64,000 nucleotides of DNA from Macrostomum lignano (Eukaryota). The stretch lies in assembly GCA_002269645.1 (NCBI GenBank), contig NIVC01002073.1:62001-126000 (forward strand), written 5' to 3'. Of the stretch, positions 1 through 10,967 are shown piece after piece (the first letter of the stretch is position 1; the number at the start of each line of letters is the position of its first letter). Below the pieces are notes generated by a model. The model was not told where the DNA came from. It worked only from the letters and a program-made list of their open reading frames with translations, and ran no database searches. Position numbers and translations under genes: made by a program.

Positions 1-634
1 GGACGAATGAGACGCACACAATTCCGGACCACTAAGTGGACCGAGATCCGGACGAATTCCGGACGAATGAGACGCACACAATTCCGGACCACTAAGTGGA
101 CCGAGATCCGGACGAATTCCGGACGAATGAGACGCACACAATTCCGGACCACTAAGTGGACCGAGATCCGGACGAATTCCGGACGAATGAGACGCACACA
201 ATTCCGGACCACTAAGTGGACCGAGATCCGGACGAATTCCGGACGAATGAGACGCACACAATTCCGGACCACTAAGTGGACCGAGATCCGGACGAATTCC
301 AGACGAATGAGACGCACACAATTCCGGACCACTAAGCGGACCGAGATCCGGACGAATTCCGGACGAATGAGACGCACACAATTCCGGACCACTAAGCGGA
401 CCGAGATCCGGACGAATTCCGGACGAATGAGACGCACACAATTCCGGACCACTAAGCGGACCGAAATCCGGACGAATGAGACGCACGCACCCTGCGGACC
501 ACAGACCGGACCGAAATCCGGACGAAATCTGGACGAATGAGACGCACGCACCCTGTGGACCACAGACCGGACCGAAATCCGGACGAATAAGACGCACGCA
601 CCCTCGGGACCACAAACCGGACCGAAATCTGGAC
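1..634. repeat. 60-bp tandem repeat (about 8 near-perfect copies, then shorter derived units); probable subterminal repeat of the EnSpm-like element
   Basis: Unit ggacgaatgagacgcacacaattccggaccactaagtggaccgagatccggacgaattcc, with three TCCGGA per unit. ORF 7..540 is a product of the repeat. Confidence 0.95.
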
Positions 635-1196
635 CACTGCATGCTGTGACTTCCAGCGCCCCCTTATTCGAACAGCCCATGCGTATGCAGATGCATCAAC
701 CGTTTAACATAAACTAACAAGTGCTGCAGTTAAAGAATTGAAGTCTGACAAGACAGAAAATGACGCATTACTTTTGTTCACACAAGAAATGATTATGTCC
801 AGTACGTGCTGGGAACACTTTTTATAAAAGATGTTATGAATGCTTACGTCTTTACTTTTAATGCACACTTAATAAGGCCAACAAGCGACAACGAACACAA
901 ACTATCGAGACTGGATCGATCGATCCCTTTTGATCATTTGATCGATTCTACAAAAGAGTAGATGATGCTTCTGCTGCTCTGCTGCTAAATCGACTAAAGA
1001 CAGATGACAAATTTGTAATGAAGTTCTAATCACGATCTGGTAATTCCTACTCTGGTTGTGCAGTATATGCATACACTGTACACGTGGTGCACTCAACAGC
1101 TTCTAATTATACCCGCATCTGGTGTACTCTACTCTGGTGCCGCAATCTCCGTATACACTAGTGTACGTAGGCGGTCCAGTGAAAAGAATGCAGAAA

Positions 1197-4100
1197 TCAG
1201 TCTCGCTGCTGCAAAACACGCAGCAGCAAATCATCTTCGAGATGACCTCCCGACTCCAATTCCTGCACGCCGGTGACGGGCAAGGACGGTGTTATAGCAG
1301 TAGCAGCAGCAGCAGCACAATTTTCAACGCCCTGGGAAACCGGTCTGCCGGTCGTTGGAACGGCAGGAATGGCAGCGGCTTGCGCGGTGACGTCGGAAGT
1401 GTTGGATGCATTCGAGCCGACTCCGATGATGTGCACTACAGTCTGCTGCGAGACTCGAGCCGCCTTCTTTGGACGCTGGCGATCTGTTCGGTTCTTCTTT
1501 GGCCGAATGCGCTTTGGCAGGCCCATGCGTCGGCGGACCGCCTCGCCGCAGCGATTGAAGGCGCGGCGCAGATCGTCCGTGGTAAAAGAGATCTCAGCGT
1601 TCTGCAGCCACAGTTTTGCCGACTGCAGTTTGGCAGGATTTGCAGCAGACGTGGCGTAGCCTGAGGCTTGACGACCAGAAATGCTGGAGTGCGCCAATTC
1701 CGCGTCCGTAAAAGTGGCCCTAAAAAGAGCGCGCAGTGTAGACATTCTTGCGGCCCTGCGACGGGATGCTAGTGTGGCCTCTTCGATGTCGGTGTCTACT
1801 GGGGGCGCCATCAATTTGCGCAGCTCATTGTTGCGATGATCCAGCTCGGAGCGGCGCTGGGCGGAGATCCTCAAAAAGGCCTGCTGGTCGGAAAGCGGTA
1901 CCCGAGCGACAGCTTCCACCGCAGGTGCCGTAGAAGGTCCTGCTTGAGATGCCGCCCTGTCGCATGCGTCGCTTAAAGCGCGTGTCTGCGACACAGACAG
2001 CTGACTGTCCGCTAAGAAGTCCGTAAAGCGGTGCAAACTCTCCGATTCATCCCCCGGATCGGATTCCGCGTCCGGATCCGGCGATCGATCGCCGCTAGAC
2101 GCCGTTGCAGCCACAGCAGCCGCCGCCGCCCCCGGTGGCGCCGCCGGATGCACGAGTCCGGCCAGAGCGCTGGCAGATGTCGATGCCGAATTAAAAGCCA
2201 GCAGGTAATGCGAGGCGCGGACGAGGCACTCGTTCGCCTTCTCCGTATTGCGCTGCATATTTAGGCTCCTGCCCTGCTCCTGCTCTAGCTGCAGGAGAAG
2301 TCGACTCTCAACCTTAGAGTGAACAGAGCTCCCTTGCGTCAGACGTCGAACCTCCTCGCGCAACTGAGTTTCGCTTGTACGAAGCAGTCGAACTTCAGAA
2401 CCTGTTGGATGTCACAAAGGGACATAAAACTCACAATCTGTTGCAAAAGGGGACACGCAATAAGTCTCATCATTATATACTATTGTAATATGATGCACCA
2501 TTTTTCAGCAGGAAAAGCTAGTCACAGTCGCATCTACTCACGCAGTGTGTCGGTCAGACTTTTCTCTCTCTGCAGTTCCACAAGTAACCCCCGACAGGAG
2601 GCGCAGGCACGAGGCAGCTCTAGCGGCGGGGCGTGCACGTTGGTTGAAAGGGCAGCACCCGTGGCCTCACTTTTCTTAAAAAACGGGCCGCGAAGCAGGT
2701 CTCCGGACCAGCGTTTCGCCGAGGCGCGGTTTTTTTTAGCTGTGACTATTAGCACACGGCTCCCTACAGCAACAGGGGTCGGTGAGTCCCGACTGCGCGC
2801 GACAATGACGGGAGCACTGCTGTCAGCGGCGGTAGACACTACCGTGCGGTCATGGTAAGAGCTGTATTTGAACAGGAAGTAACGCGCCACGCTCTCCACC
2901 TTATAAGGCACCATGTCCTCTGTGCTGCTGGCCTGGCCATTCTCGTCTGTGACCAATTCTTTTAGCGCGTCAGCTGCGTCACGTGACGCGGTGGGAGGAG
3001 GCGTGTCGCTCGAAGCAGGCGCGCCCGTTGGTTCGAGCGGAGTGTTCTCCTTTTGCTTCTTGGCCTTCCCTACTTTTTCTCGCTGAAGCCCGCACGACTT
3101 CCTGCCCTTTTGTTTCGATGCTGCTCGACTGGTCGTAGGCTTGGTCATTGTAGCAGCTTGTTTGTTTGTTTGTTTGGGGCACAGGCGCGAGGCCAGTCAG
3201 AGGAGGCTGCGCCTCGCGAGCTCCACTGACCTCGCGGGGGCGGCGGTCAGAACCGAGAGGCCCAACTCGTCCTCGTCGAAGATGAAGAGCCTGGTGGGTC
3301 GGAGGGCCGGACAGCTGAGCCAGTGCTCCAGGTCCTCCGGACCATCTTGGCAGCGCGGGCAGGTCGGGTCGGCGGCAGGGTTGACGACGTTGCAGTAGGC
3401 GCGGAGCAAGCTGCAGTGTCCCGAGCGGAGCCTCGCCAAAAGCACTGCGTCTTGCCGGATGCGCAGCTCGGCGCGGTCGCGGTCCCTGTTGAGGGCCCTG
3501 TAGACCGCGGCGGTGCGTGCGTGCGTGAGTGGCGGGTCTCCGAAGTGCCGCTTGATCGTCGCCAACGCGCTGTGGTAGGAGATGGGTGCCGGGGCAGAAT
3601 CAGCAGCGGCCGCCAGCTTGGCAGCCTCATTGGCCAGCTCGTTTCCGGGGATGTCGCAGTGTGCCGGGACCCATTGAAGCACCAGGCCGGCAGCTTGGCA
3701 GTCCAGGTCGGGCAGCGAGCAGCGGGGCCTGTCGCTCAGGAGAGCCATGAGGAGGGCACGGCTGTCCGTGCAGATGAGGACCCGTCCTGTGAATTGCTGG
3801 CTGCGGAGCCAGTTAGTAGCGAGCTGTAGAGCCCGTCTCTCTTCGTCGAAACTGCAGGTGTACGGCGAGCCGGTGGCTGAGATCGTCGTGACCATTTCGG
3901 GGTCGGCCGGGTCGCCGCTGGTGACCACGCAGGCCGCACCACCGCGGGCGCATCCGTCAGTGGCCGAGCCATCCGTGTAAAGCACTAGATCGGCTGCGCA
4001 ATTGCGGATGGCCTTCAGGGCGCGCCTCCGGAGTGTTTCCTTAGCAGCGACCTCGGTCGAGTGCTCTTCGGTCTCCTCGGCCCCGCCAGCGGGCGCGGTG

Positions 4101-5937
4101 AGGTTGCAGCGGATCGTGCGCGTGGTTGGCGGCTGTTGCCAGGGGCAGAGGGGGAGCGCCGGCAGAGGTTCCCGGCTGTCCAGGTGTCCCGGCATGCTGG
4201 CCAGGAGCTACAAGGCGCGGTGGCGCCAGCTACTCCTGGTCGTGCGGTGCGGTACCTGGGCCGCGGCAGCGATGAAGCGCGGGTGGTCGGTCGGAAGCCG
4301 GAGGGCCTTCTCGTAGGCTGCGAGGCAGAGTTGATCGCGCGTGGTAGCCACAGTGCACACCCCGGCCTCGAGGTGGAGAGCTTCTGCGGGTGTGGTGCGC
4401 ATCTGGCCGGTGACAATCCGCAGGGCTTGGTTTTGGGCTCGTTGGAGTTTGCCAATAGCGGTGTCGACCAACCATGGCTGCCAGGCGGCGGCGGCGTAGT
4501 GGAGCACGCTATGGTGGAGAGCTTTGAAGGTGCGGAGGAGGCTGTCTTTAGGCCAGCCCCAGTTGCGGGCAGCCAGGCAGGCAAGGAGGCGGCATCTGCT
4601 GCCGATCGTGAAGCATACGACCTCGACTTGTTTACGGAACGCTAGGGTGCGGTCCAGGTGGACACCCAGGAAGCGCGGGCTGGCGTTGAACGGGATATCC
4701 GCACCATCGAGGGAGATATTCGGCTGAATGTTCGCCTGGTGAGGGTCAGTGGTGAAGATCGCGCACTCGCTTTTGACAGGGTTTAGCTGCATTTTGCACG
4801 CGCGACTCCAGGAAGCAACCCGGGCGACGGCGACCTGCATATCCGTGGTAGCTGCCGTGATGCTCCGGTTTTGGCTGCGAAGCGCGATTTCGTCCGCGAA
4901 CATCAGGATGCTGATTTGCGGTGGGATGCAGTTCACCACGGGGTCGATAAAGATGACGAACAGCAACGGAGCAATCACAGAGCCTTGAGGCAGGCCTTGG
5001 CGAAGGCGGTGGTAGCGACTGACTGTGCCATTGACGCAGACTCTCGCCTGACGATTGCCGAGGAAGGCTCGGATCCATTTGACGAACACGGCCGGTACGC
5101 CTTTGTCAATGAGGGTGAGCAGCAACTTTTCCACCCACACTTTGTCAAATGCTTTACTGTAGTCAAGAAAGACCATGATCGAGCGCAACATGGGAGTCTG
5201 CTGAAAGCCATCGCTGATACCTTGCACGGCGGCAAGAATCTGGTCTTCGCAGCAGCGTTGTCTGCGAAAGCCAGCCTGTTGAGGGGACAGCCAGCCGCGA
5301 GATTCAGCAAGGAACATGAGACGAGTTGTCACCATGCGCTCCAGGGCCTTGATCACACAAGAGGTGAGGCTGACTGGTCTGAAGGACGCGAGGTCGCAGG
5401 CTGGCTTCCCTTTCTTGAGCAGCGGGATGATGGTAGCGTTTTTCCATTGTTGGGCGACCACTCCGGCTGACAGCGAGCGGTTGAAGATCCTGAGAAGCTC
5501 GGCTCTCGCGGCGGGACCTAGAGCCTTCAGGAAGCGCGGAGTGACTTCGTCCGGTCCGGGGGCGCCAGTGGGGCGTTGATGCGCGATGGCCGAGGCCAAC
5601 TCGACCTCGGTGAAAGGAGTGCAGCCCTCGAGGCGCAAATCCGATTTGCCTTGGCGAGTGGCTACTTTCGCCTTGCGATTGAGCGCGCAGTCATCGCGAT
5701 TGAAGCTGAGGCGATTAACCGCGGCATAGTGTTTGGCGAAACGCTCGGCTTTGCTGGCGTTATCACAGTGGGCTTTGCCGTCGGCCACCAGGGCCTCGTT
5801 CGGGCAGTCGTCGGCGGGGGTGCCGCTGAGGCTGCGAACGAGACGCCAGGCTCTGGAGGCGTCCTGGCAGAAGTCGGAGTCAAGAAGGAAATCACGCCTT
5901 GTAGCAGCTGCAACTGATGATGATGACGGTTGATGTA
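1197..5937 (-). CDS. Transposon accessory protein with coiled coil and C-terminal BEN-like domain; first visible exon disrupted by a retrotransposon
   Basis: Acceptor ttatag at 5938. The exon runs 5937-5899, continues at 3147-2542 after removing the LINE and one TSD copy (VHQPSSSSVAAAT-MTKPTTSRAASK..., in frame), and ends at donor GTGAGT 2541. Acceptor cag at 2402, then exon 2401-1197 with matching phase. Segment TLRALFRATFTDAELAHSSISGR...ANPAKLQSAK...DDLRRAFNRCGEAVRRR (about 1525-1750) fits the BEN pattern by eye. Confidence 0.65.
3159..5898 (-). mobile_element. 5'-truncated non-LTR retrotransposon (I group, RT + RNase H + Cys/His knuckle), inactivated
   Basis: RT motifs (GAPGPDEV, FRPVSLTS, QAGFR, FLDYSKAFDKV, GLPQGSVIAPLLF, FADE) in 4208-5898. 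RNase H (LYTDGS, ICTDSRA, QWVPAHCDIPGNELA) and CPRC...H...C in 3197-4195, same frame, separated by an in-frame TAG at 4208-4210. (CAAA)n tail at 3159-3176. TSD ttgtagcagct at 3148-3158 and 5899-5909. No endonuclease domain. Confidence 0.93.
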
Positions 5938-6053
5938 CTATAATAATCTTCATGGTAACCGGAGGTAACCTTGTTAACTAACCATCGAAGGTTAATCTAA
6001 TGTAACCAAGAAGTCAATAGCTATTGACTTCTTGGTTACATTAGGTTAACCTT

Positions 6054-6282
6054 GGAAATATGGGTAGGCTCTATGATTGACGAGCTCAATCCTAAATTGG
6101 GTTTCTTGGAAATACGGGTAGGCTCTATGATTGACGAGCTCAATCCTAAATTGGATTTCTTAGAAATAAAATTAGGCTTTATGATTGACGAACTCAATCC
6201 TAAATAGGGTTTCTTGGAAATATGGGTAGGCTCTATGATTGACGAGCTCAATCCTAAATTGGGTTTCTTAGAAAATTGGGTT
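6054..6282. repeat. 54-bp tandem repeat (about 4 copies) inside the EnSpm-like element
   Basis: Unit ggaaatatgggtaggctctatgattgacgagctcaatcctaaattgggtttctt starting at 6054 and 6108. Confidence 0.9.
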
Positions 6283-6521
6283 AACCAATAGACTCTAGAG
6301 TCTATTGGAGTAACATGTGTGAATGCGAAAATAACAGAAATGAAGTCTCTGTGTTCCAGTCTTGCCAGCTGTGAGCCGCACGTCAAAGATTTCCGCGAAA
6401 TCAATTTTTACTTCCCAAGATCATATGCAAACACATGTCACGCACGAATTCGCGTATTCCTAAGATCTTAAGCACCACGTGGCGGACTCACGGACAGTAA
6501 CCGACAGGTAAAACGGCAGTG

Positions 6522-7872
6522 TTACGAGCTACAGAAATTGTTCAAATGCCATGAAAACCTGTTGGTGAATACCTCTGAAAAACTGTCGCCCAGTGCCAGC
6601 TTGGTGGCAGCTGGAGGGAAGTAAATTTCTACTTTCCTGCTGTGCGCCGCCTGCTCTTTAATAACATTAAAACTTTTCTGTTCCAACCGGGCGACTTCCC
6701 TCTCCACTGCGCCAACCAATTCGATGTCAGTGCGCCTGGAACCGTGAATCCGACGACGCAAACGGGAGTGCATGGTTTCAAAGAGTCCTGCTGACTGTCT
6801 GTGCAGTGGCCCGGCTAGCAGAACGGATGGCAGCATGTGACAGCACACCTGGTGGCTGTTGTACGTGAGGGCCCTTAGTGAGTATAGGCGCGGCAGGGTG
6901 GCATGGAAATGCCGGAGAGTTATTTCGACATGCCGCAACTCGCTTCTTGGGGCACCCTCCAAGGTCATCCAGAATACAGCGGAGGATAGGAGCAACAGGT
7001 GCCAGTAGTGTTCCGGTGGCAGAAATTCCCCCAGCACCATCGGGCCGAAAGCTAGGATCCAGACTGCTAGCTCGTGGCCACGAAGGTGACGGAGGTCTCT
7101 CAGCTCACGCACCGTGTGGCGCTGCACGCAACTGGGCAGGCGAATGTTCTCCAGGCGACTCTGTACTACGGCAATCCGACTGTGCAGATCAGGGCAGTTG
7201 GTATCACCCCGGTCAGGCTTCTCATGTCGCACGAGAAACAATTGAAACAGGATGTAGCGAACCAATCCCGAGCACAATTGGTGTAGAGAGCACGGTGGTG
7301 TCGCCCTGATAAAGTCGAACCCGCACAGTCGCCCGAGCGGCGAGTGTTCACGGACGCCTAGCACGTCGGTGCGTGAGTTCAGGTTGTGCTGCGCGTGGCG
7401 CTCAGCTAGAGTAAATGTGTCATTCATAGACCGAACCAGCGTTTGGGTGCAGCCAAGGCGACGGGCGGTTCCCTGCATGGCAGGAGTTAGTTGTACGCCG
7501 AACACTCGACCGTGCTTCGAGGGGTGTAGGGACGTCAGCAGATAACATTTATCGCATCCATTTTTTGCGGAGAAGCGCTTCATGCACAGCGCGTCAGCTC
7601 TGGCTGGAGCGTCAAACATCGCGATTAGCGGATGAAACCGTAGACGGCGCTGAACGCCTTGTTGGTCAACAAACTCCGTCATCGGCGCTGCCGTCATCTG
7701 CACTTCCGTCTGAGCCGTCATCTGCGCTGGGTGGGGTGTGGTCCGGATGGGCGGGCAATGAGCCAGAGGCAGACATAGGTGACCGAGAGCGTGTGCGAGC
7801 CGCCGCCCTTCGCTTCTGCATGTACGTCCTCATCCAGAGGCGCCTGCGATGCTGTGCGTCCTGCTCCTCCAT
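6522..7872 (-). pseudogene. CMC/EnSpm-type DDE transposase, internally deleted and frameshifted
   Basis: Motifs FDAPARA..K....NGCDKC, FDFIRATPPCSLHQLCSGLV, YNSHQVCCH, AGLFETMHSRLRR. The N-terminal segment (7872-7666) is in a different frame and abuts the middle of the catalytic domain at about 7670, so the first catalytic Asp region is missing. Confidence 0.82.
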
Positions 7873-8179
7873 ATGCAGCTGACAGCAGAAATGTGGTGCG
7901 CTGGAATGGCCGAAAGAAAGCTTTACCTTTGTGTCTCATGTTAACAGTGGCACCGTAATTATTACTCTTTTTAGAGGCAAAGCTATTACCCTACAAAACG
8001 TACGGCAAAATGAAAAAGAAGCTTCCTGTACATCACTGTACAGTTTAAGTCCCTTGACAACATGCCTATGAAATGCCAACCTAGAACTCTTCATAATCAT
8101 GCAAATAAAGAAGGCTGGCGAGCTGTCAAAATGCCAAATTGAATTGGTGTGCGCTGCACAAGAATGACATCATTTATTA

Positions 8180-8651
8180 GCGTATCCGGGATTTGCGTAC
8201 GAATACTATACGAATAAGCAGTCTGTCAGTACAGACAGTACAGTGGGTACAGCTGAAGACTACATTAAGTAAGACAGCAATCTTAACATTTGTCCGATCT
8301 ACGTCCGGAACTTTGTCCGGCGAAATCCGGCTCAATTGCGGTTGAACAGGCTGGAGACAAAGCGGATGAAATTTCCGGACAAAATACATTTTCGCCCTAC
8401 TTTCATCCGGACTGAAGTCCGACTTTTCGTCCGCTCTAAGCCGGTCAAAAGTTCGGATCAAATTGCGGATGAGATCCGGATCAAAAGTAGCTTGCGAAAC
8501 CCCTTTGTCCGGATTTGGCCCGGAATTTGTCCCACATTTTGGTCCGGACGTGAAATCCGGATGAAATGCGGATAAAATCTCTATTTGGTCCGGAAAGGAC
8601 CCCAAAAGCGGACGAATGGCGGACAAAATCCGGACTAAAAAGCCAAGCGGG
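8180..8651. repeat. TCCGGA-rich dispersed subterminal repeats and candidate terminal inverted repeat
   Basis: About 9 TCCGGA plus several TCCGG variants within 470 bp, and ggacaaaatccggac resembles the 1-634 array motif. Ends in agccaagcggg|ta. Confidence 0.6.
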
Positions 8652-8759
8652 TATCTACTGCTACCAAATGGACATTCTCAAATTGGTTGACTGTAGCAGT
8701 CTAACGGCGCCCTCTGATTTCTCATTAACGCCCGCAAAGCATGGGTATTACTATTATTG

Positions 8760-10967
8760 TGCCATAGACATTTGTGTCCTTGACAAAGTGGGACAAAATT
8801 AGCGGGCAGTTAATGATATTAACTGACCGCTAATTTGCATTAGAGTAAGTTTGAAATAGACAATCGGGCGTTAAATGTCAATAAACCATAGATAACGCAA
8901 CTTTCCGGTACATTTTTTTCAAGTCGCGGGATGTTACATGACTTGATAATCTTAGTTTTTCCGAAATTTTATTTGTCGGTATATTTCTTCAGTCAGTTGA
9001 TTCTGACCAGACACTAAACATGCAATATGATAAAAAATTGAATTTAACCGATCATTGCAATGGTCAAAACAGTTTTCACCAGTATGTTCGCATATTATTT
9101 CAGTTTGTTACGTACAGCTAACGATTTATAGCAATCCATCAGGTCGACTACAGGTACCCATCGTACAAATGTTTTGAACAACGGAACAGTTGTTGAATAC
9201 GAAGCTGTGGCCACCACTTCCAGATGCACCAGATGAGGTCGTGGCTTCTTGAATCGGCCTGCCATCGACCACCAGACTAGACGACTTGATTAGGTTCGTA
9301 GATGTTCGCTTGTACGCAAGTACGCCGTCGACACTGCGATGGCCCGTACGCTCCATTATAAGCTGCTCGTCCACACCAGCTTGAAAGAGACGCGTCGCAC
9401 ATGTTGCCCTCAGGCTGTGGTTTGTCAGCTTGGGCACGCCAGCATCCTCGGTGATCGTAGCCATCATTTTGCACATGTAGTTTTTGCCAATCGGTCTGTT
9501 ACAATACCACGCCGCACCGCTATCCCACTTTTTGGCCGATTGGAGGTAGAATCGTGTAGCATCTGGGGGACGCACCTTTAGATAAGTCTTGAACGCTTGT
9601 AGATGACAGACGGATCTAGCGTGAGAAGGGACGTACAACCGCTCCACTTGTTTGCGACGTTTGTCATTCAAGCCGCCATGGTAGGTCTTTGATGAGGCTT
9701 CTCGGTAAATAAGACACTCTTCGTTATCGCGTATTTCAATTGTTATCTGGGAAAGCATCAGATTCGAATGCTCCTCACCTCCACGTAGAGCAAAGTGGAG
9801 TCCATTGAGAAAAAAGAGCGTCTTGGTCAGCTGATCAGGATTATCCAAGCCGAGGACTCCAGACTGCCATATTTTTTCTTCGTCAGAAACACTTAAAATC
9901 CCAGCTGGCTTACTGTTGAGTGAAGTACCAGCGGCGGTTGACAGTTTCATGGCAGCGTCCAACGAGTCCCTGAATGGCCGTAGTTCCATTGACTTGAACA
10001 GATCTACTGTCGGCTGGACCTCTCGAATGGCCGAATTAAGTCCAGCGGCTATCGATACTAATGACCCTCTAGGATAACGCTCGCCGTTGACCTTTCGCAC
10101 CTCGTGGATGAAGCGACCGAGAATCGTATTGATTTCCTCACAGCTGAACTCGGTGATGGGCTTCATGCCGATCTCACTGACACGAGAGCTCACCCATGCC
10201 TGGAAAATTCGCAGGGCCCAGTTGTTCCGATTGATTGTGCCCTTTGGACGGACAGACTCGTTCAGCGCGGCAACACTGTCGACTATAGCAAAACGACCGC
10301 CACCATCCAACAGTGGTGTCTCAAACGTCTCTATCTCGTATAAATCTTCCAACTCCACTTCTTCTTCATATCTTTTCATCTCAGCCGCCAGCCACTGATG
10401 ATCTTGAAAATCTCCACCAGCGCGTGACTTTACGAAATCGAGCGGTAGGACGTTTGGATCGAAGTTGCCAATAAAATCTTTTGAATAGTCGACGAGTGGA
10501 TTAAGAATTCGACGCATCGAAAAGCCTTTCGATAGACTCTGTAATAAATGAATGAACTGTCGAAACTTAAATGAAAGTCAGACCTGATCTCCCGACGTGT
10601 AGCTCTTAAGAACATACATCATTTTAGACCATAGACAATTAATTATAAGTGTTTGTTTACGTGGGGGCTCTGCCCCCACACCCCCGCGGGGGGCTCATCG
10701 CCCCCTCGACCCCACCTCTCAGTTAGTAGGCATTTTGGCCATAGACACTTCTTTTTTGTATTTGCAGGATTATATTATAACTCCGGGGTATTATCTAATA
10801 TTATCCCGGAGTTTATCTATGGTTTATATGAGATAAAACATGCCTTCTTCGGGAGTTATTTTCATAAATCCCTCAAAAGGCATGTTTAATCTGATTCTTA
10901 ACTGCCCGCTAATTTGAATTAAAGTAGGTGTGACTCCTGCAAGCGGGCTTAAATGTAGTCTATGGCA
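8760..10967 (-). mobile_element. Crypton (tyrosine-recombinase DNA transposon); boundaries approximate
   Basis: Encodes the YR ORF below. Flanked by inverted tgccatagac (8760-8769) / gtctatggca (10958-10967) and by 18-bp repeats (8796-8813, 8819-8836, 10898-10915). Confidence 0.8.
9126..10517 (-). CDS. Crypton tyrosine recombinase (DUF3504/ZMYM/KCTD1/QRICH1-related, CryptonA-like), 463 aa, uninterrupted
   Basis: RFIHEVRKVNGERYP, FALRGGEEH (Arg), TNHSLRAT (HxxR), TGHRS (His), LAYKR (Tyr): all visible catalytic positions are intact. Confidence 0.93.
   Translation of the reverse strand: MRRILNPLVDYSKDFIGNFDPNVLPLDFVKSRAGGDFQDHQWLAAEMKRYEEEVELEDLYEIETFETPLLDGGGRFAIVDSVAALNESVRPKGTINRNNWALRIFQAWVSSRVSEIGMKPITEFSCEEINTILGRFIHEVRKVNGERYPRGSLVSIAAGLNSAIREVQPTVDLFKSMELRPFRDSLDAAMKLSTAAGTSLNSKPAGILSVSDEEKIWQSGVLGLDNPDQLTKTLFFLNGLHFALRGGEEHSNLMLSQITIEIRDNEECLIYREASSKTYHGGLNDKRRKQVERLYVPSHARSVCHLQAFKTYLKVRPPDATRFYLQSAKKWDSGAAWYCNRPIGKNYMCKMMATITEDAGVPKLTNHSLRATCATRLFQAGVDEQLIMERTGHRSVDGVLAYKRTSTNLIKSSSLVVDGRPIQEATTSSGASGSGGHSFVFNNCSVVQNICTMGTCSRPDGLL

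Larger units (their letters stand above)
1..8651 (-). mobile_element. CMC/EnSpm (CACTA superfamily) DNA transposon, non-autonomous derivative; left end outside window
   Basis: Contains a CMC-type transposase fragment (6522-7721) and a co-oriented accessory gene (1197-5937). Both flanks are rich in TCCGGA motifs (1-634 and 8180-8640). The candidate right terminus agccaagcggg (8641-8651; CCCGCTTGGCT on the minus strand) is followed by TA, matching the CCC-terminus/2-bp TSD pattern seen directly in the element at 14957-18932. The matching left TIR is not visible. Confidence 0.7.

Noticed and set aside
7-540. 177-aa repetitive ORF
   Set aside because: Translation of a 60-bp tandem repeat with no stop in one frame; no protein features.
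1-634. Possible CRISPR array
   Set aside because: Units are contiguous with no unique spacers, the context is eukaryotic, and no cas genes are present.
9126-10517. Domesticated DUF3504 gene (ZMYM/QRICH1/KCTD1) or phage integrase contamination
   Set aside because: Catalytic residues are intact, there are no host-type extra domains, the ORF has repeat-bearing flanks, and the sequence is Crypton-like rather than phage-like.
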